Assembly (NCBI GenBank): GCA_964188305.1
Contig: OZ076893.1
DNA: 64,000 nucleotides
DNA from: Podarcis bocagei
Lineage: Eukaryota
Direction: 5' to 3' (one strand)
Shown here: positions 34,842-48,362 of the stretch, piece after piece
Layout of the letters: each line of letters begins with the position of its first letter
Position numbering within the stretch: the first letter of the stretch is position 1
Translations under genes and position numbers: made by a program
The notes under the pieces: model-generated
The model's database searches: none
Told to the model about the DNA's origin: nothing
Seen by the model: only the letters and a program-made list of their open reading frames with translations

Positions 34842-35069
34842 CAAGCTAACTTCTCAGGAATGTCTAAGAAAAGTGACTTGGCTTTGTCAGAGGTGTATCA
34901 CAAGTCCTTTGTGGAGATCAATGAAGAGGGCATTGAGGCAGCAACTGCCTCAGCAGCCACCGTTGTAATAAGGTCATCTCAGCATCCCATAAAATTAGAA
35001 GCAAACCACCCTTTCATCTTCAAGGCAACAAAAAGCACCCTCTTCGTTGGCAGATTCTCTTTGTCATAG
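34842..35069 (+). pseudogene. Duplicated 3' half of the SERPINB10-like last exon fused directly after the copy B stop codon
   Basis: Same junction (CCCTGAagCAAGCTAAC), same hinge T->I change and same 12-nt deletion as the fragment at 26186. Confidence 0.9.
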
Positions 35070-37304
35070 AATGGGGTTGCCAGTGCAGTGAACATACTGG
35101 TACCTCCCATGGTAAACACACTCTCAAAAATAAAAAATGCATAAGAGAACTTCCTGCCAAGTTACTGTTGACACCAGCTTTGCTTCTCTTTCTCTCCTCT
35201 GCCAACAGCCATTTTGTGTCATGCCACACGCCCCATGGCAGCCATTTTGTGACTGGCGCCCATAGCAGTTTCTCAAAATTCCAAATTTCCTCATTGTTCC
35301 AAAAAGGTTGGCAATCTGAATATAAATGCTTAGGAGCAGGCTGAAATACCACAGGCATCACATTGAGGCCTAATGCTGTTTTAGACATTATCTCTATAAG
35401 CTTTTCTGCCTTCCTTCTGTTGCCCAAATCTGTCTCTGTACAAAAGTGTGCAGCATCACATTCTTAATTCTTCTCTAAATGCTAGTCATCATTGTCTGTA
35501 AAACATGCATTTTAAAGCAAGAAATGTAGTTTTGAAAATTATGTTTCCACTGTGCAAAACAGTAGTTTTTTAAAGCTCTTATCTTCTCTCCCTGTGCCAC
35601 ATGACACGGAGTGCAGCCCACTTGCATTAAAATAATTGACAGCACTCTATTTATTTATTTTATATATTCATCATCTCACCAGCTGGTTAGTACAAAGAAA
35701 GAGCAATTAGACAGAACCTGTTCCAAACTGGAGGATATATTCCGGACCAGTTGGGATAGTATGGAAAATGCATGCAAAATCCAGAGGCTTCTTGGAGAAC
35801 GTCCTTTGACAAGTTCTAATTGAGTCAAGTCTCTGCTCTGCAGAAATGGTTAATGTTCCTATACGTATTTTCTTCAAGTGTCGTGTTCTGAGTTCTCCTT
35901 CTGCATCACTGATAGGCACATTCTGGTACCTCTGTTTCCTCACGGCTCGCTTGCATTTCAGGCATTAGAAGTTCACCCTCTGCATTTATGCACCAACTGT
36001 CCATTATGCTTAACCTTACTCAGTTGCAACACAGCATCACCAGGGTCAGAATCCTAACTGGTACCCGTCCTCGTTTCCCAATAGCAATGGTCTTAGAAAC
36101 TATAGCAGGATCTCCTTCTCAGGCCTCAACATGGTTTTAACAGGGCATCATAATCTCACCCAGGTAGTCTGACCTTTGTTTTAAGCATCGTAGTTGTGTG
36201 TATTGGGCAACAAATTGAAGGCATGGATATCATTTATTACCCAGGTTCCCCACATGGTTAACAACAATCTGGTCACTTTCAGTAGATCAAATGGTGTCCC
36301 GCCGTGCTTTCATTTGAAGAGATGGGACTCCTTCAACACTCCTCATAAACACACTCTTATGGGCAGGACACCCAAATCCCAACACTTCTCCGGAATAGTC
36401 CACAGATTAATCACCACATACCCAGAGATTCCTCTGAACTGTACAAGCTTACCCAATCTTTCTGGAGAATATTGCAGTCATCAAAAAATCAGACTGGATG
36501 TTCACATCCTTCCCCCAGCATGTCCGGGAAAAAAAACACAACAACACTCACTATGCCCAGAAAGATTCAAGCCTGCATATCTATATCATACACCTCAAAG
36601 TGATCTCACCCTAAGATCATAGTGGTTCCTTGGTTTACAGAAGTACGTGCGTCGTCTCTTTTTTCTGGTTGAATTTGTTGCTGGACATTTGTGCTGTTGG
36701 GATAACCTTAGGCTCCCCGCACACACAACCTCTCTCACTACCAAGGAAATGCAATAAATCAATGTTATGTATTGGGTTTAACACATTTTATGTTACAAGG
36801 CACGTTCTAACCAATCATATAGTGTTTGTAGATGAACACTTAGCTGTCAACCTTCCCTTTTTTGCGGGAAATTCCCTTATTCCAGCACCATTTCCCGCTG
36901 CTATCCCGAATTGTTAGATATGCCGTAGACTGTCCCCGGGACAGGTGAAGCTGCTGATCTCTTATTTTCGAGGCTGCTGATCCCTTATTTTCAAATCTGA
37001 AAGTTGACAGCTATGGGCGAACGTTCTAATGGCAAGTAAGCGCATGCTCTTTCAACTGTCAAACTGTCAACAGTCAGTTCATCCTCGGCATTATTATCGT
37101 GTTGTCCAGTCAGTTTGGTTCTTGTGTTCCTATGAGTGAGCTGTTGTCACTGACAAATGCTGAATAAACTTACACAGCCTTGGGCTTCTGACTTTTTCCG
37201 AACATTTAACGATCAGCGAATAGAAAGAGGATCTATCCAAGCGACGCCGACACTAAGTAAAAGAATATGAGCTTTACTCTATAAACTGCATTGTCTGTAT
37301 TAAT

Positions 37305-37880
37305 GTCAGGCTCCCCGGGATTGCGCGGCCAGGCGCCCTTACTCGGGAGTAAGCCTGCGGGGATTACTTCTGCAGCGCCAACAACCAGCGCGAGCAGGGC
37401 GCAATTGCGTTTTCGCAGCGCCACCTTCCTGCTCCGAGAGGCTTCTCCGTTTCTGGAAAAAGCAGGCGGCGATGGGGAAAAAGGCGTACCGCCCGGCAAA
37501 GGCAACGCACAGCGGCTTCGTTTCCTCCTCCTGGGCATGTGCGAGCCGTTCTGCACATGCTCAGTGGCAATGAAAGCCGGCAGCAAACTTGGGGGGCTCG
37601 AGCCTGCGGCTCCTTCCCCCCCCCCCGCCTCGCCACCCTATTAGGTTCCTGGAGAGCGGCTGAGTCAGGGGCTGAGTCACAGGAAGGAGCGCCTCCCCTG
37701 GCAGGACGGGATGGTTTCGTTTCCCCTTCTCTGGTTTCCCGTCGCCACTCGGTGCCTCTCTTTGCTCGCAGCCGGAGCCCTTCCTGCGACCCGTGCGTAA
37801 CAGCCGCGCCCATTCCTCCCGGTACAGTCCTCTTCTCTTTGGGTTGCCATTTGTACCTGTTGCGTGTCCTTTAAAAGAAA
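37305..37880 (+). promoter_or_regulatory. CpG-island promoter/exon 1 of SERPINB6 copy C
   Basis: Paralogous CpG island; tandem GCTGAGTCA at 37659-37680. Confidence 0.7.
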
Positions 37881-39861
37881 GGGGGGGGTTCCTGATGTTG
37901 TGTGTGTGTGTGTGGTTAAAAGCTGCCTCGTCTTGGACTGCTGTTATTTTGGTAAGCTGAGGAAGAAAATCAATATCTGATCCTAACTTCCAGAAAGGTA
38001 GGCGTGTTGTGAGTGGCTTGCGCGCAACGAAATTTCATGGAGCGCCTTAAAGGCTGCCAGCTTTATTGCGCGCAAAAAACTTCCAGGAACTTAATAGTCC
38101 AATACATCAAATATGCTTGCAAAAAACGTTGTACCATAACTAATAAAAGCAGGTTCTTGCCTTCAGAAGTTGATGCTGCGGTATCTATCTATCTATCTAT
38201 CTATCTATGTCAGTGGTAACTACTAACTGAAGTCGTTGCTTACTGGATTGCAAAGGGCAAGCCTGGTGGATTGCTTGGCAGCAGCGTCTGGGACTTCCTT
38301 TCTTGAAGTCGAGCGCTGAAAGTAATCTGGGAGGGTCCAGGGTGTTGTCCAAGACTGGCACCTGTAGGACTGGCGCTTTTGTGCTTTGAACAGCTGCATG
38401 ACAGAGGCAGAAATTCAATAGTTGCAGCTTTCCATTCTGTGTTTCTCTAATGGGAAAGGCTTCAGCTGCTGGATTTCTGCCTTCTGTGCACAGCTGTTAG
38501 CGCACAGGAGCTTTGCGGGGGGGGGGGGAGGGAGAGATAAAACCCACCTTGGTGCCTGTTCTTGATTGGCGTTTGTTGGGTTTGTTTGTCTTTATATTTG
38601 CACTGAAAAATTTAATCACCTGCAGAGCATGGAAGAAGTGGATTTTAATGAGTTTTCCTTGTGCATGTGCAGCAACCAATTCCTAAAACTCTTTTATTGG
38701 CTTGCTTATTAGGATGCAGCAGACTGCCTACCTGTTCCTTGGAAATAAATTAAAGGGGGAAGTTCCTGGCGTTCCTGCCCACACCTTAGGCTGGGTTCTA
38801 AAGTGTCGGTTAAGCAGGGAGCCTCCCAGCAGCTAGGAAAGAGTGGGGTGCCTGGCAGAGATTGGCATGCCATGCTGTCAATTACGACACCCAACTGAGG
38901 AGTGTAGCAACTGCATTGCCAACACACAGGAGTGAAGCAAATAGAGGAACCGACTTTGTGCCACAGGAAGGATGTGCAGCTTATGTGCCAACACAGAGCC
39001 ATAGTTTTCCATTGTACGTATTCACCAGCCTTGTGAGGGTGGCTCCTCTTCTGTCCCTATCCTTCCCTGAGAGGCTGGGAAACTTCTCATTGTGTATCCT
39101 GGTATCATTAAATACTACTATGACAAAACAGCTGATCTTCAGACACTGGTGCATTTTCAAGGCAGGAGGGAGTAGTAACCGGTTGTTTTCTGTTTCTTTT
39201 TGCTCCGAAATCTCTAAATAGCAGTGGAATGTGGAAGGAATACTTCTGTTTTTAAATACATTCAATTTGTCAGAGTAAACAAGAGATGGAAATCCCTTTA
39301 TGGTACAGATACTATTTTAACCAGGCAGTTTTGAACTGGCAAGCATTGGATGGATAGTAATTAAGAGTTCTTTTTTTAAAAAAACAACAACCCACCAACC
39401 ATAAGACTTTCTAATTATTTGTCTTTTATACTTTGCCGTCTCTAGGAATAGGCAGAAGGCAGCTTAAGATCTATTGGTAAAATCTCTAGGTTATTTGCAG
39501 TAGGTTTTGTGTTTTAACCATTGCAACAGCAAATGACTGCAGCTGAAATGAAGATTGCCTCGTGGGCATCCCTTGAGCACAACTGAGCAAGGATTCTCCC
39601 TGTAGCGTTTGGTAATAATGCAAAGCCTGCCTCCGCTGTTGTGCCCTTCAAACTGAAGCAGAACTTGGCCACATTCTCTCCACCATCTGTAAGAGCATCC
39701 AGATTCTGTCCAGAAGAGCACTCAGAGTACTTCAACAATCAATCCCTCTTCCCTGAGGAATTCTGGCCTTGTAGCTCTGCAGGGAGCGGGGAATGGGGTC
39801 TCTTAGCAACCTTAACAAAGTACAGTTTCTTTGATTCTTTGGAGATGGAAGCTATGGCTGT

Positions 39862-40180
39862 AATAATGATGATGATGATTTATTTATACCCTGCCCATCT
39901 GGCTGAGTTTCCCCAGCCACTTTGGGTGGTTCCCAACAGAATATTAAAAACACGATAAAAGATGAAACATTAAAAACTTCCCTAAACAGGGCTGCCTTCA
40001 GATATCTTCTAAAACTCAGATAGTTGTTTATTTCCTTGACATCTGATGGTAGGGCGTTCCACAGGGTGGGCCCTCTGTCTGGTTCCCTGTAACCTCACTT
40101 CTCGTAGCGAGAGAACCGCCAGAAGGCCCTCGGAGGAGGACCTCAGTGTCCGGGCTGAATGATGGGGCTGGAGACTCCTT
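39862..40180 (-). mobile_element. L2 LINE 3' fragment
   Basis: Reverse complement of the L2 3' end. Confidence 0.75.
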
Positions 40181-41385
40181 TAAAGTGTTATGATACTGCT
40201 TTAAGCACACACTGCAGATGGGGCCATTCACCTTGCTTCTTTTTTATCCATTTGATTGCTTTGTGGAGGGTTTTCTCTTTTTTTGCAATGCCTCTTTGTA
40301 GCTGTGTGGCTGAACTGGATGTAGATCTTGATTGCTAAAACCAACCAACCAATCAAGTAAGGTAATTTGTTGAGGGTGGGAGGAATAACTTTAGGGATGT
40401 GTTTGGAGTGCTTGAGCTCTCGGTGGGTCTATTGTGGTAAAATAACACCAGAGGTGTGGAGCCCTATAATGTGGCCCCCCAACCATCTCTATATCTCGGC
40501 CCTCCCTCCATCAGTAGGCCAAGACCCTCACTGGTCCCACTCTGGACCTCTTCTTGAGTTCTTCTGCCTGGTTGGAATAGTCCTTGGACTGTGATGATTG
40601 ATGCCTCTTGCTTGCCTGGACAAATGCATCATGGGTGTAGAAATCCCTGTCACTTTGTGTGGCTGGAATGTAACCTGCAGTACAAAGGTAAAAGTCACAC
40701 CTGTTGCCGCACCTACGTTTGCCTCTGGCTGCACCCAGCGCTGGCATTCCCTGGAAGGATCTGCGTTCTGGGGAATGAAGAAGGTGACCCACCCTCCTTC
40801 AATAATGGAACAAACAAATTTGGATAGTACAATTCCATGCCTGAAGCTAGAGTGCTTTCCAAGCAGAACTAGCACCCCAGACCAATTCAGAGAACTGCTT
40901 GGTTGTGTATACACTAATACAAAGAGAGAGCACCCGTTCTTTCTCTGTCCCAGGCGGCCTCTGTGTAATCGGAGATCTTTCGTAGAAGGCCTGGCTCAAG
41001 GCCGAGAAGACTGTCTCTGTTACAACGCAAAGCAAACAGAAGACAGGGCTTAATGCCATGTCTTCAACCAGAAGCATATTTTTCATGTTCTTTTTTAAAC
41101 GGTCCTCAATACAAATGTATAAAACATTGTGTCTCGTAATGAACAAAAGAGACATATTATAACTGGAAACGTACCAAAAGAATTAGGAAAGACTGCTTTC
41201 AAAGGCATTGGACAAGAAGCTGGATAACATAGCAAAGGATTTCACTTTAAAAAAATAAAATACAGCATAAGTATGTATTCTGTAACTCAAAAGCTCAAAT
41301 CACACTGTGAATCTTCATGGTTCCCTTATTTACGGTATTATAACCACTCAGAATTCACAAGGTGGTGCCAAAGTTAATTATTCCA

Positions 41386-41388
<3 letters not shown>

Positions 41389-41424
<36 letters not shown>
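41389..41424. repeat. (TG)n microsatellite
   Basis: Direct reading. Confidence 0.9.
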
Positions 41425-41426
<2 letters not shown>

Positions 41427-42948
41427 TCTTTAGAATGTTAGAATTATTTTTTAAAGGAATCAGGATAAACAAAGGCCGGCTGACACCAACTCTGCAGGAT
41501 CAGTGCTCTTTTCAAGTCAGTGGCATCAAGCACCACATTGTGGATTGTGTCGCAGTATGTTTACAGGCTGGCTTCTTGACGTGAAGCAGAGAGTTTTCCA
41601 CAACTGTACTTTTCTGTGGGAAATATTCCGTGCCCAAAAATGCGTTGTTTCATACAGTGAATTAGCATTCTAAATAATGAATACAAGAGATAGCTTTTCC
41701 TCTTTGTCTAGAATAAAGAGATGACCTGCGGTGACTTGAAATTGGCAGTGTGGTAACTAAACAAACCTCCTGAGTAATCCTGATATTAGGTTGCTAAGTT
41801 TATACCCTTATGTATTTTAATTACACTGAATCCTCAGCCATGTCGTATGGTAAAAAATATTATATATAACAGATGTGTTGTATAGCTTTTCTTACCTGCT
41901 TAACCCTGTCTGTATGAGAGTTGTGTATTTCCCTGACTGCTAATGTTTTGCAGAGAGATCAGAGCCATTTGGGATCGCTTCCCTAAGGATTTTTTTCTGT
42001 GCCTTTAAATAGGTTCACAGCTTGGAGCAGTTCTGAAGGCTTCGCTTTCCTTTCCTTTCCCCTGTGATGGAAGAAAAAGCACATGCCAAAATTCTGGTTT
42101 TAAATAACAAGGAAATGTGTGCTAGCTTGGCAAGAGTGCTGTGTGTTTTGTTTTGTTTTGTTTTGTTTTGTTTTGTTTCAAAAACAAGAAAACCTGGGCT
42201 TGGCAGCTCTGCCAGCCAGAAAAAAAATGGCAGAGTTCCTGTGTCTCTGAACCTCCAAGACAGATAAATCCAGCAGGCGAAGCTTGTCCCATTGGATCTT
42301 CATGCCAGGAAAATGTTCAGATGTGAATTTCATGGGGCTGGGTTGATTTAGTGTGCCCAGTATCAAACAGGACTTAATGCAAACTTGATCCCGTTCAGGA
42401 CTCAGTTTATCAAACATAGACTTAATTGCGAAAGTCAGGCTATTATAGCTGTTGGCTTGCTAACTTAATTCTGCGACCTGAGGCTTTAATAGTCCTGTTT
42501 TTGAGGCTAGAATTATGCAGTGGGGAGGGACAACAGGCTCTCAAATGATGCTTTCCCTCCCTCTATGTCTTTTTATGTCCCAAAGCGGGTAATGTTGCAT
42601 GTAAGATGCAATAGACTTTTAATTTAAAGCTGATCTTCTTAGAAATCAAGTGAAGGCGAATGTTATTCTCATCCTGGGCATCTAAAGAAATGTAGCATGT
42701 GATTGACGGTTCCTCTGAGGGCTGCAGGCCCCCCCCCCCACACACACCAGAAAACGGTGGGTGGGTGGCCTTTGGGAGAGCATTAAAATGTTCCAGCTTG
42801 GGACTTGCAGGTTGATATGCCCTTAGGACACATGTGTGGGATCTGAAAACAAATGTTTATTTTTGTTTTGTTTTTCTTGTAAAAGTGACCTCCGAGCGGA
42901 CAAACTGGATGACTGTCTTCTCTGTGCTTGTTTCGTAGGTTATAAGAC

Positions 42949-45900
42949 ATGGACCGCCTCACTGCAGCAAACAGTGCCTTTGCCCTCAATCTGTTCAAGA
43001 AGCTAAGTCAAAATGATAATACAGCGAACGTGTTTTTTTCTCCGTTGAGCATTTCTTCTGCTTTGACGATGGTCTCTCTGGGTGCGGCAGGGAACACTGC
43101 AGCCCAAATGGCAAAGGTATATCCAGATAAATACTATTAAGGGGAGAGGGGAGCTTGAGTTTTGACTCTTAAATGGGGCATGCATGGTGCATCTTTTTCT
43201 CTGTAGCAGGTCAGGCTTAAATATGCATTTATTAGCGGGCCCCTAAGGCTACTAAGGGACGCGGGTGGCGCTGTGGGTTAAACCACAGAGCCTAGCACTT
43301 GCCGATCAGAAGGTCGGTGGTTCGAATCCCCGCGACGGGGTGAGCTCCCATTGCTCGGTCCCAGCTCTTGCCAACCTAGCAGTTCGAAAGCACGTCAGAG
43401 TGCAAGTAGATAAATAGGTACCGCTCTGGCAGGAAGGTAAACGGCGTTTCCGTGCACTGCTCTGTTTCGCCAGAAGCGGCTTAGTCATGCTGGCCACATG
43501 ACCTGGAAAAACTGTCTGCAGACAAATGCCAGGTTCCTCGGCTGGTAAAGCGAGATGATCCCCACAACCCCAGCACTATATACTCTTAAAAAGCCAATGC
43601 CAACTTGGTGTGCGAATGCCACCAAGTTTAGTTTGGCCCTAAGGGAGGACAGCTCATTGTGCTGAATCTAGAGAAAGCTAGTTTAGGATTGAGTGATTTA
43701 GACATACAGAAGGGGTTGGGAGGTAACACATACTGTGATCTGAAAATGATTCACTTTCAGCCTGTAATCATAGAGTCAAAACAGGCCTAGCATAGAGATG
43801 CATGCTCTGAGCCTTCTGCAGTGCATGGTGTATTGATGTGGGCATGTGTGTGTTGTGTCTTTTAAATACAATGAATGTAGAAAAGGTTACATGCTGTTCC
43901 CTAATAGAAAATTCTGCGGAACGTAACACTGAGAAAGGGGACTTCTTACAGCTTTTGCTTGCTGTTTATCACGCCACTGGAATGTTTATAACATAGGGAG
44001 TTTGTATTATCCTACACCACAAGTTGTAATTAACAAGTTTCTCCACAAGTTGCAATTAACTCCGTACGGCAGTAGCCCGGTTCACAAATTACTCACATGT
44101 CAGGCACTTGCATGGTAAATGGGGAGCAGGGCCACATTTTTAGCTACTTGACTGACATCATTTTGCTTCCTGCAATCACCCTGCATTGCATGTGTTTGTC
44201 TGAAGCCTTGACGCACAAGCTTCTGGTTTTATGTGGATGTCCTAGTCTCGTGGAACTCCTACATCCCAGCAAGAGTTTATGCACCGAGTTGATCTGGGAA
44301 GTGTCTGCAAATTGGAGTTGGAGCTAATAGCACGGCCCCATTCCCCAGTCACAATTGCCTTATGTGCAAGTAACACATGAACTGGACTTAGGTCATGGTT
44401 CCATAGGGAAGAATTCCTATTCACACAAAACAGAGTAAAAACCGCCATGCTTTGAATTCTTGAATTTAGTTTGTGGCCGCCTATTCGGCGAGGCCTGCAC
44501 AGCCCACCTAAGGAAATTAAGGCCACCACTCACGTATTTACAGTCTCTTTGATACTTTCAAGTGGGGCAGTCCTGCTAAATCAACAAAAACAGTACCAAA
44601 GAAGGACAATGGAACATGTGGGCTTTCTCTTTCTTGTCTAGCAGGTATTACCAGTATAACGGGAGGGGGGGGGAGCAAATTTAGATTCCATGTTTTTCTT
44701 CGCCAAAGGACACTTAGTTTTGTGTGCCCAGTTTGTCGTCTTGAATAAAGTTGACTTACATTAAAAGTATTTCTTGTTACACCCAGAATACCTTCCCGCT
44801 GCAGGGAGGTTCTTCTCCGTAATTGCAGTGGTTCTTTGGCCCTGTTGGTTTTTCTTAGGCTACTGGCAGCTGCGTGCATCTGTTTCTGCTGTGCCTGTCC
44901 CAAATGTTTCCTGAGCTCCTGATAAGCAGGTTGATCCTTAGCTATGGTTGGTTAGCACTGCCCAGAGTTCAGTTCTCAGTGCATCATCAAATTTTAGTTA
45001 CTCCATCCTTGCACAGAAGAACATGGCCAATGCTGAAACATGACTGCCCAGTTTTATTTAGAAAGTTAAGTTAAATTGTTAGGGGGAAGATAAAAACCCA
45101 GCAATTTAGTATGTGGTTTTTGTTATTGTTTTTTGAAAAGAATATGGGGAAACTAATAGTCACTCTCTTTTGCCTGCTTCCGTTCTAACTGCTTCAGATA
45201 TTTGTCTTGTGAAATCTTGAACAGGAACGGAACAATCTGCTTTCTGCTTCTTCATTTTTATTACTATCAAATCTCATTGTGAATTTGTTTTGTTTTTCCT
45301 CCTCAAACGGTAAGGCCCCCCAACAAATCATTGTTACAATGGTTGTTTGTTTTATATATTTTACTCTCTTGTTTGCTAAAAGACATGGATTTTCAACTGA
45401 TTACGGTTTTTTAGGAGTACATGGATAAATTTCTGTATTTTAATTTCTTAACATTATCCGTTAACCATTTATCATCTTACAGGTGCTGTCTGTGACCAAC
45501 GACGTCGAGTTTCACCAGGGATACGCGAAACTTATTTCTGAAATCAACAAGCCAGACACCAAGTACTTGCTTAGGCTAGCCAACAGGCTCTTTGGAGAAA
45601 CATCCTATGAGTTTATTTCAGTAAGTTACTTGGTTTACAAATATGCTAGAGAACAGGAAGTGGTCTCTGTTCAGATAGTGAACCGTGTTCTGTCGCAGAT
45701 CAAAAACGCACCTAAGCACTCACTATCCCGCCTGCATTGAGCAGGATTGATACAGGGGCAAATCTTGGTAAGAATTTAGCATCCTGCATAAGGACCTTTC
45801 ATGTAGGACTCTCATATATAATAACAAGAGAAGGATTGCTATGTGTATTCTTCAGCAAAAAAAGTTTGTTTGGATCTGGTTCAGTTTATCTGTTTTGGCT

Positions 45901-48362
45901 GATAGGAATCTATTGCACATGCCATGAGCTTTTTCTTATCAACTGAAGTTAAATTAAGCATCTGCATATGTGTTTCACATCTTTCGGTATCTGAAAATGG
46001 AAGAAACATCCTTCTCTCCCTCTCTTTTCTGTGGAACAAAACCTGAATGAAATCAAAGTTTGTGTGTATATGATATATATAGATTATATATAGCTTTTAA
46101 TTCTGAAACATATTTGTTTAAGTCATTTGTAGACTCCAGCCAGAAATTCTATCGAGCAGGTCTAGAGAAACTAGACTTCATTAAAGCATCAGAGGATTCC
46201 AGGAAATACATTAATAATTGGGTGGAAGAACAGACAGCAAGTGAGTAGCAAATTCTTGGGCTTCCATATTGTCTGAGTTTTACTTCTTAAAATATGAGTT
46301 TGTGTCTAAAAAATATGTTCTTATTAAAAAAGCTCTTTAATCCCTCTTCAAGGTAAAATCCAAAATCTGCTCGCCCCAGGACTAATTGACTCCAGTACAA
46401 GGCTGGTCTTGGTGAATGCTATCTATTTCAAGGGAAACTGGGCAAATCAGTTCCGCAAAGATCACACACAGGAAAGGCCGTTCAAAATTAGCAAGGTATG
46501 AGGTGGGAAATAATGTGAAGCACATCACTGAGCAAACAGTCTTTATCGTTTTGATTAAATACACACATTCTGATATTTGGAGTGTTCCCTCCTTCTGTTT
46601 TTTTCTTTCATCAGTTGACCAGCTAGGATTTCCCTTCCCACCATGTCCTAAGGACATTCTTTTGCAGAGACAACAGAGGATGAACAGTAAACAAGGTGCA
46701 GAGCAGCTCAAGCAATAGAAAAGATTATATGCTTAAAACGAAATTCTTCTCCATTTGCAGAATGAAAGCAAACCGGTGCAGATGATGTTCAAGAAAGCTA
46801 AATTCAACATGACATGGATATCGGAACTTCGCACCAAAATTCTTGAGATTCCTTATGTTGATAACGAGCTCAGCATGATCATCCTGCTTCCTGATGAGAT
46901 TGCAGATAATTCTACAGGCCTGGAAAAGGTGAGGCATTTTTGATAAGAATAAAACCATCTAAATTCTTGCCCGTAAAAATTGCCCTTGTTGGTCGCTGTA
47001 CACGACAAGAGAAAGATTATTCCAGCTTCTACGTGATTCTTCCAAGTGCCCAGTGTAACATGTTACATTGTTGGCATTTGTCTGTCTTGAGAGAGAATGG
47101 AGTGTGCCTCCAGGGGTGAAGTCAAACCACCATGCCAGCAGCGCCAAAGTGACCTCCCTGGGGTGTTAACCTGGGCAGTGTGTATAGACATCTTGGGCTG
47201 CCCAGACATGTTTGGCACCAGTTTGGCTGCAGGAGTTGCTGGAAAGAGGCGTGCAAGGCACCATCCAAGCATCTTGGGGACTCCATTCTGGATTTGTATA
47301 GAGTCTACTCCTTAGCCTTTCTTCTCCTGAAGTTATCCTGCAAGACAGTGGAGGTTTAGGATCAGAATTTCCCTTCTCCTAGATGGGCTACTTTCCCAGG
47401 TGATTAGCTGCATTTGCCCTTCATTTCCCTCTACAGCACTAACTGCCTTCTCGACCATTGCACCCACTATGGTCTTCTCCACTCAATCTGCCAGAGCCTA
47501 TATTTGCATGCAGGGCAAGTCCCTAACACACTGAGGGTTTGAGACCCATTGGCTACCCTCGCCTGATTTAGCCGGCCAGTCAAAGACATTTCCCAGATTG
47601 TGGCTTCTAGGAGCCACAGGTGAGAGCTGCGTGCAGGGTAGGAACCAAAGGTGGTTAAACTACCCCAGAAGGAGCAATATATGTGTAATATAGCTGTTTA
47701 TATTTCTATAAGCATAGTTAAGTCTGCCAGCATTCTGTCTTGTTCAGAAAGATGGAAGGCATAAAAGCAAGTTGAGCAGAAAGGAATTCTACCCGGACAG
47801 ACAGGGTAATTGTGAAACAAGTTTAATTGATGTACATGGAGTCATTTGACTCACCGAGAATCCAGTGAAAATGGTTTTATGTAAGAATTTTGAGGATTTT
47901 TATATGCAGCCAGGATTTCCTTTTTTCCTTGAATGCCTTGTGTTTGTCGTCTTTTAGCTGGAGAGAGAAATGACCTATGAGAAACTCAAGGATTGGATTA
48001 ACCCTGAGATGATGGACCTAACTGAAGTTCAGCTGTTTCTACCCAAATTTAAACTGGAGGAAAAATACGACCTGAAGCCTGTTCTGAGCAGCATGGGAAT
48101 GGCTGAGGCGTTTGACCCAAGCAAGGCAGATTTCTCCAGCATGTCTCCCAACAATGACTTGGTTTTGTCTGAGGTTGTTCACAAATCCTTTGTAGAGGTA
48201 AATGAAGAGGGAACTGAGGCTGCTGCTGCTACTGCTGCTGTTATGATGCTGCGGTGTGCTAGGATTGTGCCCTGTGTCACAGCCGACCATCCCTTTCTCT
48301 TCTTCATTCGGCACAACAAAACACAAAGCCTTCTCTTCTATGGTAGGTTTTGCTCTCCCTGA
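42949..48362 (+). CDS. SERPINB6: SERPINB6 canonical-type copy C (379 aa; RCL ...AAVMMLR|CARIV)
   Basis: Exons 42949-43116, 45483-45620, 46123-46240, 46353-46495, 46761-46928, 47958-48362. RCL MMLRCAR matches the mammalian SERPINB6 pattern (MMMRCAR). Has its own unique 3' UTR with AATAAA at 48741 and 49273. Confidence 0.92.
43256..43573 (+). mobile_element. Sauria SINE
   Basis: GGGACGCGGGTGGCGCTGTGGGTTAAACC head and SINE body. Confidence 0.88.

Larger units (their letters stand above)
13761..48362 (+). repeat. Tandem segmental triplication: units ~13761-26183, 26184-34839, 34840-48362
   Basis: Colinear near-identical intergenic, promoter, exon and intron blocks in all three units; length differences explained by TE insertions and deletions. 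Confidence 0.92.

Noticed and set aside
40367-41155. Overlapping ORFs in copy C intron 1 (and 44538-44903 in intron 2) as a nested gene
   Set aside because: No recognisable domain or convincing multi-exon structure; would need homology search or RNA evidence.
13761-48362. Triplication as a pure haplotype mis-assembly
   Set aside because: The novel junction has accumulated its own mutations and occurs twice, and the units differ by many TE insertions and by RCL sequence. Long-read confirmation is still desirable.
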